Below, piece after piece: positions 1 to 11,800 of a stretch of 64,000 bases of DNA. Both the position numbers and the translations under genes were made by a program. Position 1 is the stretch's first letter. Each line of letters starts with the position of its first letter. This stretch comes from Hemiscyllium ocellatum. Taxonomy: Eukaryota. Location: the NCBI RefSeq assembly GCF_020745735.1, contig NC_083435.1:26659231-26723230 (forward strand). The letters are read 5' to 3'. A model generated the notes under the pieces. It saw nothing but the letters and a program-made list of their open reading frames with translations. It was not told where the DNA came from and made no database searches.

Positions 1-273
1 CTGGATATTGATGGAAGACAACATTACCTTACTATAATGTCATGAATACATGTCATGCATCCACCTCTTGCCCAGGCCATGCTGCAGTCTCACACTTTCT
101 GACTTGAATTGTTTCCATGTTCACACTCCTATCAATTTATAACCTTCCTCGTGCAAAGCCTCAATAGAGCTGCGTACTCATGGGCTGCATTCCAGCTTCC
201 TGTCTTGGGTTCGAGGCTGCACTATTTTCTGTCCCACTCTCTCCAACTCTAAGATTTTGCTGAGGTGTTTATT

Positions 274-552
274 GAGTCATCGAGTCATACAGAACAGAAA
301 CGACCCAAACAATCTATGTTCCCAAACTAAACTAATCCCACCTGGCTATGCCAGGTCCATATCACTACAAACGTTTATTATTTGTGTACTCATCCAAATA
401 TAAATGGTGTAACTGTACCATGTCCACCACTTCCTCTGGACATTCATTCCAAACACAAACCATTCCCAGTGTAAAAATGTTGCCTCTCATGTAGGTTTAA
501 ATTCTTTCTCCTCTCACCTTAAAAATATGGTCCATGGTCTTGAAATTCATCC
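274..552 (-). mobile_element. CR1 LINE 3' end fragment
   Basis: gagtcatcgagtcatacag tail repeat followed by reverse-complement CR1 3' sequence; duplicated at ~14049-14340. Confidence 0.5.
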
Positions 553-555
553 CCC

Positions 556-1177
556 CTCTACACGCGGACACATACACACACTCACACAGACCCTCTCTCA
601 TACACATGCTGTCCCTCATACACACATAATCCCCCCATACTCACATCCACACATGTGCCCTCCCACAGGATTATACTCTGTCACACTCACACACACACTG
701 CCAAGCACACGCACATGTAAACGCAAACTCACGTGCACTCACTCACATACATGTGTATGCGCGTACACACACACACGACTATCAGGTGAATTGCATTTGC
801 AGAATTGTTTTTGCAGACATATTGTTGAGTTTTGGAGCAAAATATAATCTACAGGCCGTCGATCCATATCACCTTAAGTTATCTTGAGAATGTGACTTCA
901 AAGAAATTCTGGCATTTTCATATTAATGAACCAACACCTATAACCCACGCTGAAAGATGAAAGACTTAACAGCAATCTTGGTTTGTTCAATATATTGTTT
1001 CAGTTGTATGATGCTGTGATCTTTTGCTATAAATTCTGTATCTTGTCTCACAGCTCCCTGATGAAAGAGCAGCGCTCCGAAAGGTAGTGTTTCCAAATAA
1101 ATGTGCTGGTCCATAACCTGGTGTTGTATGATTTTTAACTTTGTCCACTCCAGTCCAATGCCAGCACCTCCACATCA
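556..1177 (+). mobile_element. Penelope-like element 3' region / pLTR with degenerate hammerhead motif
   Basis: CA-rich stretch, then CTGATGAaagagcagcgctccGAAA (1058-1082) and the ataacctggtgttg...tttttaacttt terminus shared with 59525-59670 and 59778-60366. Confidence 0.6.
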
Positions 1178-1249
1178 TCTGCAATAAGAAAGAGTCTAAC
1201 CATCAGCCTTTGACCATCAATAGCTTTACCATCACTGAATCCCACTGTC

Positions 1250-1720
1250 AACCTCTGAGGGGTTACTATTAATCTGAACCTGAACTGGACTGAACATATA
1301 ATACAGTGGCTACAAGAGCAAGTTACAGGCAATGAATACTGCAACATGCAACTCACCTCTGACTCACCAAAGCCAGTTCACCATCAAGAATGCACAATTC
1401 AGGAGTGTGATGTAATACTCTTGACTTACCTATATGTGTGCAATTCCAGCAACACTGATCAAGTTTGACACCATCCAAGACAATGCATTGGCACCAGATT
1501 CATAACTAATTAGCTACTCCGCAATTGACACTCAGTAGCAGCAGTCCACACTGTTTACAAGATGCACTGTGAACCTTCAACACAACACTTAGACAATGCC
1601 CTTCATATCAATGTCCATGACCTCCCAGAAGGATAAGGGCTGCAGATACTGGGAAAACCACCATCTATATGATATCCTCCAAACTACTCACCATCCTAGC
1701 TTGGAAATATATGTCTATTC
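1250..1720 (+). mobile_element. decayed L2/CR1-group LINE 3' remnant
   Basis: aagtttgacaccatccaagacaatgc...actcagtagcagcag...aagatgcactg resembles the C-terminal ORF2 region of this family; heavily mutated. Confidence 0.35.
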
Positions 1721-2649
1721 ATCAGTGTCACTGGGTCACAACCCTGGAATTCTCCATGAGTGTGGCCAGAGCCCACATTGGTCAGAGCCCTTGAAGATTC
1801 TGGCCACAGAAACTGACAGACAAATGCCTTACTCACATCAATCCAATGAGATGTATGATGGTGGCCCTGAGGCCGTACTGGGAGATTACCAGAGGTTACT
1901 ATTCATGGACCAAAACTACAAAATCAATGAGTGTGATTTCCCTCTCCATCAGCTAATAACATGTGACAATTCCACCAGCTCCGCACACCATTGTGCAGAA
2001 GTTGCTGTTTGAGAGAGTGGATGGAATTGTGCAGAAAATCCCACACACTTCTGTTTCCAGGTGAAGACCAACCATCCAGCGTTCATGGTAACACCAACTG
2101 TTACGCTTACAGAATATTCAGCAAAAATGCCAGCCTGGCAACGAAAGACACCATCTCTGCACAGGTCTCCCATCAGAATACCCTGGACAGAGAACACTCC
2201 TGCCTGACATTTCTATAGGGCTTTCCTTTCCAGCGGAAGCACTGCCAAAGCTGCAGATACTGTGTGCACAGTTCATGAGCCACCTGGTGGGCTTTGTGAA
2301 CAAAGGCCACAGGTGGATACAGTAAGGGACTGTGGAGCAGCAACCACTGTAACTTTGTAAACAGTAACAATAAGTAACTCACCTCTGCCTCACTCACATT
2401 CCATGATTTCCACAGAAAGGTGTGGGATATCATTCAGGAATGTCCAGCAGGAATTCAGGCAGTACCATCATTGAGACTGACCGCTGCTTTGCATCTCTAC
2501 GCAATGATGATGGGTTATCCTTTCAGTGTATATGGGGTAAGATTTGAAGTAATGTTTGCAGCATTTGAAGCTGGATGTGAAAGCTAAACATTGGCAAAGT
2601 ACTTACATCTCAGAGTGAGAGTCGTTGCCATAAAATGTGAACACCCGAA

Positions 2650-3650
2650 CAAGTGAGGGAAATCAGAGAAACAGAGGAAGAAGGACATTCAACCTTTTAA
2701 CTCTGCTCCACCATTCAAAATGATCATGGCTGATCGTCCAACTCAGGACCCTATTTCCATTTTTGCCCAATCCACTTGTATTCATTTCATCCTAAGAGCT
2801 GTACGTAACCATTTCCTCCAAATATTCAGTGTGACAAAGGCTCACCACTCTCTGGATGAAGACATCTCTCCTCATCTCAGTTCAAAATGGCCTCCCTCAC
2901 ATCCTTAGACTGTGATCCATGGTCTGGACTCCTTGCTCATTGGGATGTACCCTGCATTTACCCTATCTTGTCCTGGGTTTCTATGAGATCTCACTCTTCA
3001 AACTTCTAACCCCTACTGCATAGCGTCCTAACCCATCCAGTCCCTCTCATACATCAGTCTTGATATCCCTGGAATTGATCTGGTAAAGGTTTGTTGCTCT
3101 CCCTCCATCGGCAGAATATCGTTCCACTGATAACGTGACCAAAACTGGATACAATATTCGCAGTGTGGTATCACCAAATGTCTGTACAATTGCAGCAAGA
3201 CATCGTTGCTCCTGCACTCAAACATTCTCACTATGAAGCTCAACACGTTTGTTTTCTTTATCTCCTGCCACATTTGCATGTTTACCTTCAGTGATGGCTG
3301 TAGAGCGTTTGTTGCACCTTCCTTTTTCCCAATTTATTGACATTCAAATAAGGATCTGCCTTCCTGTTTTCACTATTAAAGTACATAAGCTGAATTTTAA
3401 CCACATTATCTTGCATCTGCCATGCATTTGCCCACTCATTCAACTTGTCCAAAATACACTGATACATCTCTGCATCCTGCTCACAGCTCAGCCTCCCTCC
3501 CAGCTTTGTGTCATCTGCAAATTTGGAGGTATTACATGAAGTTTGTTCATCTAAATCATTAATGTAGTGAACCGCTGGGCTCCAAGCACTGATCACTGTG
3601 AAACCCCACACATCATTGACTACCACAAGGAAAATGAATATATATTCTTG
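2650..3650 (-). mobile_element. old CR1 ORF2 (RT) remnant, shared with the duplicate at ~39900-41100
   Basis: Minus-strand ORF fragments KFADDTKLGG, KLNEWANAWQM, LYRHLVIPHCEYCIQFWS. Confidence 0.75.
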
Positions 3651-4105
3651 CTTTCCAACTACCAATGGGTTCTTGAAATAAACCCGCATCAAGACACACA
3701 GAACCTATTTAAAAATTCATTTATAGCACTGACAATTTTACACTGTCAGAAGTAAGCCAGAGGGAAACACCAATAATCCATTGGAAATGAGAATATAGTT
3801 CTCATTAAAGGTTTCTGTTAAAGTATACGGGTCAGACCAATTAGCATCATTCACAACTTTTCCTCATTCTTCATTCTTGAAAAGTGATCCATCATAAAAC
3901 ACCTTGTTGATGGTGAACAGGCCTTGCGGAGCCAGGAGTTGAACTACTTACTGCTGCATCCCCACTCTCTCATCAACTGTTAGAATCACAGTGTTAATAC
4001 TGCTGGTCGCATTCAGGTTCTGGTCAGTGGAATACAATTAATATTGATGGTGGGAGATTCAATGATAGTAAAGCCTTTGAATGTCAAAGTATTGAGGTGA
4101 ATGAA

Positions 4106-4421
4106 AGATTAGATTAGATTACTTACAGTGTGGAAACAGGCCCTTCGGCCCAACAAGTCCACACCGACCCGCCGAAGCGCAACCCACTCATACCTCTACA
4201 TTTACCCCTTACCTAACACTACAGGCAATTTAGCATGGCCAATTCACCTGACCCGCACATCTTTGGACTGTGGGAGGAAACCGGAGCACCCGGAGGAAAT
4301 CCATGCAGACACAGGGAGAACGTGCAAACTCCACTCAGTCTTTCACCTGAGTCAGGAATTGAACCCGGATCTCAGGCGCTGTGAGGCAGCAGTGCTAACC
4401 ACTGTGACACCGTGCCGCCCA
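4106..4421 (-). mobile_element. HE1-type V-SINE, full length
   Basis: tRNA-derived head (A/B boxes on minus strand), V-domain (TTTGCACGTTCTCCCTGTG...CTCCGGTTTCCTCCCACAGTCC on minus strand), (TAATC)n tail. Confidence 0.9.
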
Positions 4422-4879
4422 CTATGTTGAGATTCGGTCTTGTTGAAGATGGTCATTGCCTGGTACTTGTTTGGCATCAATGTGATTTCCCACCTGCTAG
4501 CCCAACTTTGTATCATGCTATGTAAATACATGGACTGATTCAGTGTCTGAGGTCTCACACTGAAAAATATCGAACCATCAGTGAACTTCTGACCTAAGGA
4601 TGTAGTGAAGGTTATGGATGAAGGAGTTGAAAATCTTTGGACCTAACACCGTTTCGTGAGGAACACATGCAGTGCTGTCCTGTGTCCGAGATTGCTGTAC
4701 CTGAACAGTTTCACTGGGGGCCCATAACGCCAAGGAATTTGTTAGGGCCCACAGTCTTTGCTATATCCCTAGGCGTTAACTGTACACCAGGTCTGGCAGG
4801 ATTTGGAGGTAGATTCAGGAAGCCCATTTCCACACGGAATACTTTGTTTTATTCATCGAATGCGGACATCATTGACTAG

Positions 4880-5190
4880 GCAGCAATTTGTTGCCCAGTC
4901 CTATTTCTCCAGAGGATAATTGCTGTGGGATCTGGAGTCACTTGTAGGCCCAGACCAGATAAAGACAGGAGATTTCCTTGCACAAAAGGACATGAATGAA
5001 CTTGATGGTTTTACAGCTAACCCCGTTGGGTACATGTCCACCACGAGACTAGCTTTCAGTTCCAAGTTGTTTCTTTATTGAATTCAAACCTCACTTTCTG
5101 CCATGAGGAGCTGTGAACCCATGTCCCCAGATTATTAGCTGAGGGGATTCCCAGCCCAGTGACATCACCGCAATCTCACCATCTTCCCTC
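4880..5190 (-). mobile_element. old tRNA-headed SINE, SacSINE1/Deu-SINE-like
   Basis: ggagtcacttgtaggcccagacc...gaattcaaacctcac...gaacccatgtccccag; further copies at ~16990-17300, 25060-25690, 48000-48130, 50530-50790. Family name from recall. Confidence 0.55.
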
Positions 5191-5459
5191 ACATCAAGGA
5201 GCCATCTAAACATTTCTTCTCTAAAGGTCTGTGAATGTTGGGATAATTTCAAAAGTATCTCCATATCAGAGATGATTGCATTTTTGGAGACTGAGGTTTG
5301 TCTGATATTTTGGCGATTGAAGGAGGTGAAACTGGAGTTAAAAATCAACAATGATCTCATTGGGTGGTGTAGCAGCATCGAGGGGCTGAACGGTCTCTGT
5401 CCCAAAAATGAATTGCAGCTCAGCTCATTCTCCCAGCAATTGGAGATGACAGTGGAAGT

Positions 5460-5773
5460 GTTTAGGTGATTGGGAAGTCCCAATCCTGGGCGGATTATGC
5501 AATTTGTTTGTTGTCTATTCTGCCGGAGTCTGATGACTCACGGAGTCGTTTTATTGTGATTGTATCGATGATAGTTTGGGACCAATCAGTGTGAAGGTGT
5601 CTCGGTGAAGAGGGGCAGTAACAGGAACTGAAGCAAAGTGCTGAAAAATATGTCTGGAGAGATAGTGAAGACTCTTCTTCAGAACAGTTTAATATCACTC
5701 TCGAATACACTCACAGACTGAGACAGTCCGCTGGAAAATAATTTATCCACCATGACTGTCAACTGAAGTCACG
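5460..5773 (+). promoter_or_regulatory. class I proximal promoter: kB-like site, AP-1/X2-like TGACTCA, CCAAT box
   Basis: GGGAAGTCCC 5472-5481 inside palindrome GATTGGGA-AG-TCCCAATC (5468-5485); TGACTCA 5534-5540; CCAATCAGTGT from 5582. CCAAT is retained in three paralogous modules. Confidence 0.7.
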
Positions 5774-5822
5774 ATGATTGGACTGATAGTGCTGGGGCTT
5801 CTATGGGGAGAGCTCTCTGCAG
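5774..5822 (+). CDS. class I exon 1, signal peptide [16 protein letters not shown]
   Basis: ATG at 5774, hydrophobic 16 codons plus 1 nt, donor GTTAGT at 5823; G+AA joins in frame to alpha1. Confidence 0.9.
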
Positions 5823-8800
5823 GTTAGTAATGGGGGTGTGAGAGAGGGGTAGAGCCAGGCTGGGAACTGGGGCTTTAACCTTTGATCATGTTCCTGTCAG
5901 AATGATTTATAGGGAAATATTTATCTAATTTCAGGTTTCAAACGTCAGTGAATCCACTGTTTTAAATGATTTAGGTTCGTACGAGATTTAACCATAAGGC
6001 TGTATTTGCGAAATTCAAAAGATCTGTTGAACATTACAGGGTGAAAAGTAAAAATGTAAAATTGGCAGACTTTTTTTTCTCCAAAAACATCATGTGATGA
6101 AGCTGAAGTGAATGGTATAATTCTCTTCAGTGCTGGAGAAAAGGTGAACAAAATGATTCATGATTCAGGAATTCATGCCCTGATTTTTCTGTGTTTCAGA
6201 AACTCATTCTCTCCGGTATTTTTTCACTGGTATGACTCCGATTCCCAATTTCCCAGAGTTTGTGATTGTTGGTTATGTGGACGGGGTCCAGTTTGTTATG
6301 TATGACAGCAGTCGCAAGGATTTAATTCCCTGGGAACAGTGGATGGTGGACAGCGAAGGACCTGAGGCCTGGAAGCGGAAACTTTCCCTCGCTAAGGACG
6401 GAGAAGAAATTTTCAAAAGCAGTATTCCGATATTTATGTCACGGACCAACCAGACAGAGGGTGAGTGCTCACTGTCCCACAGAATGACATCTTCCTGTGC
6501 ATTTGGGGAGTCTGGGTGGGAATGGGTGAAATTAGGAGTGAATCTGAGTTCCAGAGACTGACCGACTGGCTGTGGGAATGGTTGGAGGGGACACCAACTG
6601 TCTCTGATCAGCAACTTGTGTTTCTGATTGACAGGGATCCACGTTTACCAGATGATGACTGGCTGTGACCTGAGGGAGGATGGGACTGTGAGTGGGTTCA
6701 ACCTCCGAGGATGGAACGGGCAAGATTTGATCAGCTTCAATAAGGACCACAAGGTGTGGGTGACCCCAGTCCCCTGGGCGGAAAGCATCAAAAACAGATG
6801 GGACCAGGATGTGGTGAGTAAGCAGAAGTGGAAGCATTACCTGGAGGTGGAGTGCATCGAGTGGCTGAGGAAATACCTGGAGTACGGTCAGAGGGAGCTG
6901 AGAGTCGGTGAGTGGACGGGGAGTGAGAGTTGTTAAATTTCATGGTGCCTGTGTGTTTCTTTCTCTATGTTCCTGCACTGACTCCTCTTCCTCTCTCCTC
7001 CAGTTCCCCCTGATGTGTCCTTTGCCCGTCTGGGTGATTCTAACTGGCTGTCCTGTCTCGTCACTGGGTTTTACCCACAAGCCATTGAGGTGACTCTGTG
7101 GAGGGACGGAGTGTTGATCGATGAGTCCCTCTCCACTGGGATCTTACCCAATCACAACAGGACCTACCAGATCCGGAAATGGATAGAGTTTGATCCGGAG
7201 GATCAGGCTGAATATTCCTGTCAGGTGGAGCACAGCGGACTGGAGGAGAAGCTGGTGGTGATTTATGGTAAGACTGATTCTCACTGTGAGAGAGGAATTG
7301 GACTCAGACCAGGATCACAAGAGAGAGGACCAGCTGAGCTGCTTCAGCAGGACGCTCCAGGATAGAGAGAAGGACGTTCATATGAACTATCAGTGTGTCA
7401 CAGTGCTCACATCAGTTGTAGAGGACAGTAATTAAGGCAGTGAATCAGGGACACGACAGTAGGATGTCACCCAGTGTATTCTGGTGTGTAATGCTGCCCA
7501 GCATCTTAATATCCAGGATCGTTAAGGATTAAAGTATTAGTATATCATCTGATATGTGTGTGACAGAACCAGCTATGTCCATTCAGTTCACCATATTTCC
7601 TGAGCACTCTTCAAGTCCATGGACACTTTCATCTCAAAGGACAAGGGCAGTAGATACTTGGGAACACCAGCTCCTGCAAGTTCCCCTCCAAGCTACTCAG
7701 CACCCTGACTTGGAAATACATTGTGGGTCCATCTACAGCACATAAGCTGTATTGGCCTAAGAAGGCAGCTCACCACCGCCTTCTGTAGAGCAACTAGGGA
7801 ATGACTGTAAAGACTGGCATTGACACCCATATCCCTGTGAATTAAAAAAGAGAAACAGATCCTGAGATGTTTTATTATGAGACAGTCCAGTGAATGCAGG
7901 GATAATAATGTCCAATAGGATCCATGTATCCTGATATTTCAGCATGGCAGCATCCAGTGTATCCTGGAATTGTCGTCCAGTCTATTTAACATTGTTTCTT
8001 GATGATCTTTGTCCAACTCAGTGTAATAATGAATAGTCAACATGATTAGTCATTGATTCTGGTGATCAAAACAATTGTCTCCAAAGAAAAACATCCTAGC
8101 TTGTCCAACTACTCCTCATAATTCAGTTCCTTGTATCATGGAAATGTCCTTCTGCATTGTTTCCAGTTTAATAACATCCTTTCTATCAGCAAGGTGACCA
8201 AAACACAATACTCCAAGTGCTGCCTCACCAACGTCCTGTGCAACTGCAACATAATTTCCCAACTATACTCAATGCCCTAACTGATAAGACTGGTGTGCTA
8301 AAAGCTGCCTTCACTGTTCTGGCTACCTCTGACTCCACTTTCAGAGAACTGTGCACCAGAACTCCAAGGTCTCTCTGTTCCACAATAGTCCTTAAGGCCC
8401 TACCATTCACCTTGATTTGACTTTCCAAATCACAAGACCTCACACCTATCTGCATTAAACTCCACTTGCCACTTCCCCAGCTGATCAAGGTCCTGCTGCA
8501 ATTTTTGATAACCTTCCTCACTGTCCACGATACCGCTCGTTTCAGTGTCATCTGCAAACATACTAATGATACCTTGTATGTTCTCATCCAAATCGTTGAT
8601 ATTGATAACAAACAGCAATGGGCCCAGCACTGACCCCTGAGGCACACCATTAGTCTCAGGCCTTCAGTCCGACAAACATCCTTCCGTTATTACCCTCTAC
8701 TTAGAACATAGAAAACAAAGAACATAGAAAAATACAGCGCAGTACAGGCCCTTCGGCCCTCGATGTTGCGCTGACCAAAGCCTACCTAACCTACACTAGC

Positions 8801-11800
8801 CCAATAACCTCCATATGCTTATCCAATGCCCGCTTAAATGACCATAAAGAGGGAGAGTCCACCACTGCTACTGGCAGGGCATTCCATGAACTCACAACCC
8901 ACAATACTTCCTAGCATCAAGCCAATTGTATCTCCAATTTGCCAGCTTCCCCTGAATTCCATGCGATCTAACCTTCCAGGGCAGCCCACTGTGTGGAACC
9001 TTTTTAAAGGCCTTGCTGAAATCCATTTAGATTATGTTCCTGGTCACTTCAACAAAGAATTATAAGAAATTTGTGAGGTATGATCTCCTACGCACAAAGC
9101 TGAAAATGTGTTGCTGGAAAAGCGCAGCAGGTCAGGCAGCATCCAAGGAGCAGGAGAATCGACGTTTTGGGCATGAGCCCTTCTTCAGGAATGCACAAAG
9201 CCTCCTACGCACAAAGCCATGCAAAGTATTTCTGATCAAACCCTGTCTTTCCAAATGCATGTGTATTTTATCTCTCCGAACCTTCTCAAGTAACTTACTG
9301 GTCCATAGTTCCCAGGATTTTCTTTGCATGCCGGCACAATATTTGCTACCCTCCACCTACCAGGACCTCACCCGTGGCTAACTGTTAGAAAGGAAATTTC
9401 TTTACAAAAAACCCAAAGATAGGCTTTAATCTTGAGAGGGAGATTTAGCCTATCCTACCTCACCTTCAATTCTATCTTGAACTTTGGTTAGACCACATGT
9501 CGAGAACTGCAGGCAGTTCTGGCTGCCATGTGATGTAAAGGATATTGAGGCACTGGAGAGGGTGCTGAGAAGATATACAATGTCAATATCAGAAACGTGT
9601 GAGTGTATGTATCAGGAAAGGATTGGGAGGCTTGATGTCTTCTCTCTTGAAAAATGGAGCCCAAACAGAGATCTTTACAAGGATGAATCATTTTGAAAGA
9701 GTGGGTGCAGAGACAGTGTTTGGGGAAGAGCACAACTAAGGACCATCAACACAAGACAGTCACCAAATATTCCACAAGGAATTCCAGAGAAATATCTGCA
9801 GTCGGAGCATGAGGAGAATATGAAGCTCACTGCTGCAGGGAGTGAGTTTGTCAGGATGTATTTAAGGGGAGTTTAGAAAGGAATAGGGAGTGATGGTAAC
9901 AGATGTAGATGAGGAAGGATGAGATGAGGAGGTTCACGTGACTAAATATAAGTGTATGCTGATTGGATCAAATTGACTCACTGTGTGCCATGTATCCTGT
10001 ATAAGGCCGATTTTGTTTTTAAAAAACATTTTTTGTCTCTTTCTCTCTCTTCCTGCTTCACTTGGTTCTCTATCTATCTCTCACCTCTCTTTCTCTCTAT
10101 CTCTGTCTGTTTGTCTCTCTCCCCCATTTTATTTCTCTCTCTGTCTGTCTCTCTCTCTGTCTGTCTCTCTCTCTGTCTGTCTGTGTCTCTCCCCATTTTA
10201 TTTCTCTCTCTGTCTGTCTGTCTCTTTCTGCCTGTCTGTCTCTCTCTCTCTCTCTGGCAGTCCCAAAGTCTCACTCCCAGGTTCTTGTTACTGTCGGGAT
10301 TGTGTTCGGACTCCTGGGGATCATCTCTCTCGCTGTTGTGGCTGTTGTCATTCACAAGAAGAAAGGTAGGAGTTTGTAAGAAAATGGTGGCTCCTCACTG
10401 GCAGTTCAGGGAATTAGAGAGTCTGAAAGCAAATGGCCAGACGGTAGTGAAGGAAAAAGGAATATTGTGAGCTGTTTTGGGCCCCATATCTAAGGAAGGA
10501 TGTGCTGGTGTTGGAGGGAGCCCAGAGGAGATTTATAAGAATTATCCCAGGATTGAAGAGCTTGCCATATGAGGAGCTGTTGAGGACTGTGTGTGTGCTG
10601 GATGGAGTTTAAAATATTGACAGCAAATCTCATTGAAAATTACACATTACTGAGAGGCCTGGCCAGAGTTGATGTGGAGAAGATGTAGGAGACACAAGGA
10701 CCCAAGGGAACAGCCTCAGTGTGACAGCATGACCATTTAGATCTGAGGAGGAATTTCCTCAGCCAGATGGTGGTGACTCCGTGGAACCCTATGTTTCCAT
10801 ACTGTACATCTTGATGACTCTATAAGGCCATGGAGGCCAAGACATTGAGTGTCTTTAAGACAGAGATAGATAGATTCTTGATTGGTAAAGGGCCCAAGGG
10901 TTACGGTGAGAAGGCAGGAGAACGAGGTTGAGAAATATATCAACCACGATCGAATGGTGGAGCACACCCGATGAGATGAATGGCCTAATTCTGCTCATAT
11001 ATCTTGTAGTCTCCAGTTCATTGTTTGTGTTCAGAAGGCTTGTGAGGAAGCTCTTTTTTGGGAGTCAGTCTCAGGGTTAGTGATGGCTCAGGCAGTGGGG
11101 AGAGGCCCTCCATTTGTGAAGGAGGGTCAGAGATATGGTGCCCTGTTCCTCACGTTAGGCTGGAATGTCTGAGGGGTGAATGTCTCACATTGTGAGTGTC
11201 AGGTCAGACAGTTCAGACTGGGGCTGGCTCTGAGTTCAGTGTTGGGCATCAGCAGCTCAGGGCAATGTGGGTCGGAGAGGCTGAGTCTGGATGGGAGTGA
11301 GGGTCTTCAGCATTTCCTCTGATTTCCTGACAGTATCTCGAACTGACTGAACATTCCTTGTTTTACAGGGGGAATGAAGAGCGGCTACAATCCCACAAAC
11401 AGTAAGCTGATAACTCAGACATCTCAGCGTCTGTGTTAGTGTATGACAAGCTGTTCTTTCTGTTTCAAACAAAAACATAAACACAGTGATCTGAAACAGA
11501 GGAAAAGGCAGAAATTGCTGGAGAAACTCAATAAGTTTAGCAGCAGCTGTGGAGAGAAAACCACAGTTAACATTTTGAGTCCAGTGACGTTTTGTGCTGG
11601 GAGGTGTGTGTGTGTGTGTGTGTGTGTTCGGGGGGGGCGGAGGTGTGGTGGGCGGGTTAGGGTCACTGGATCTAAAGCATTAATTCTGCTTTTTCTCTCC
11701 ACAGATGCTGTGGGCCATGCTGAGATTCTCCAGCAATTTCTGTTTTGTTCTCTGTCTGGTCGAGAGTAGTCTATCTGTCTTTCATCCTCCTCTTGCTCTC

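Noticed and set aside
527-847. His/Thr-rich ORFs (also 14311-14665, 59749-60004)
   Set aside because: Translations of CA-rich Penelope-associated simple sequence.
4330-4421. tRNA genes (also ~25440-25530)
   Set aside because: A/B boxes belong to tRNA-derived SINE heads fused to V-domain and LINE tail.
6108-6305. [15 protein letters not shown] as the signal peptide
   Set aside because: Lies in intron 1 and is out of frame with alpha1; the true leader is 5774-5822.
9952-10470. 172-aa Leu/Ser-rich ORF and its antisense Arg/Glu-rich ORF
   Set aside because: Read-through of the CT microsatellite; only 10261-10365 is a real exon.
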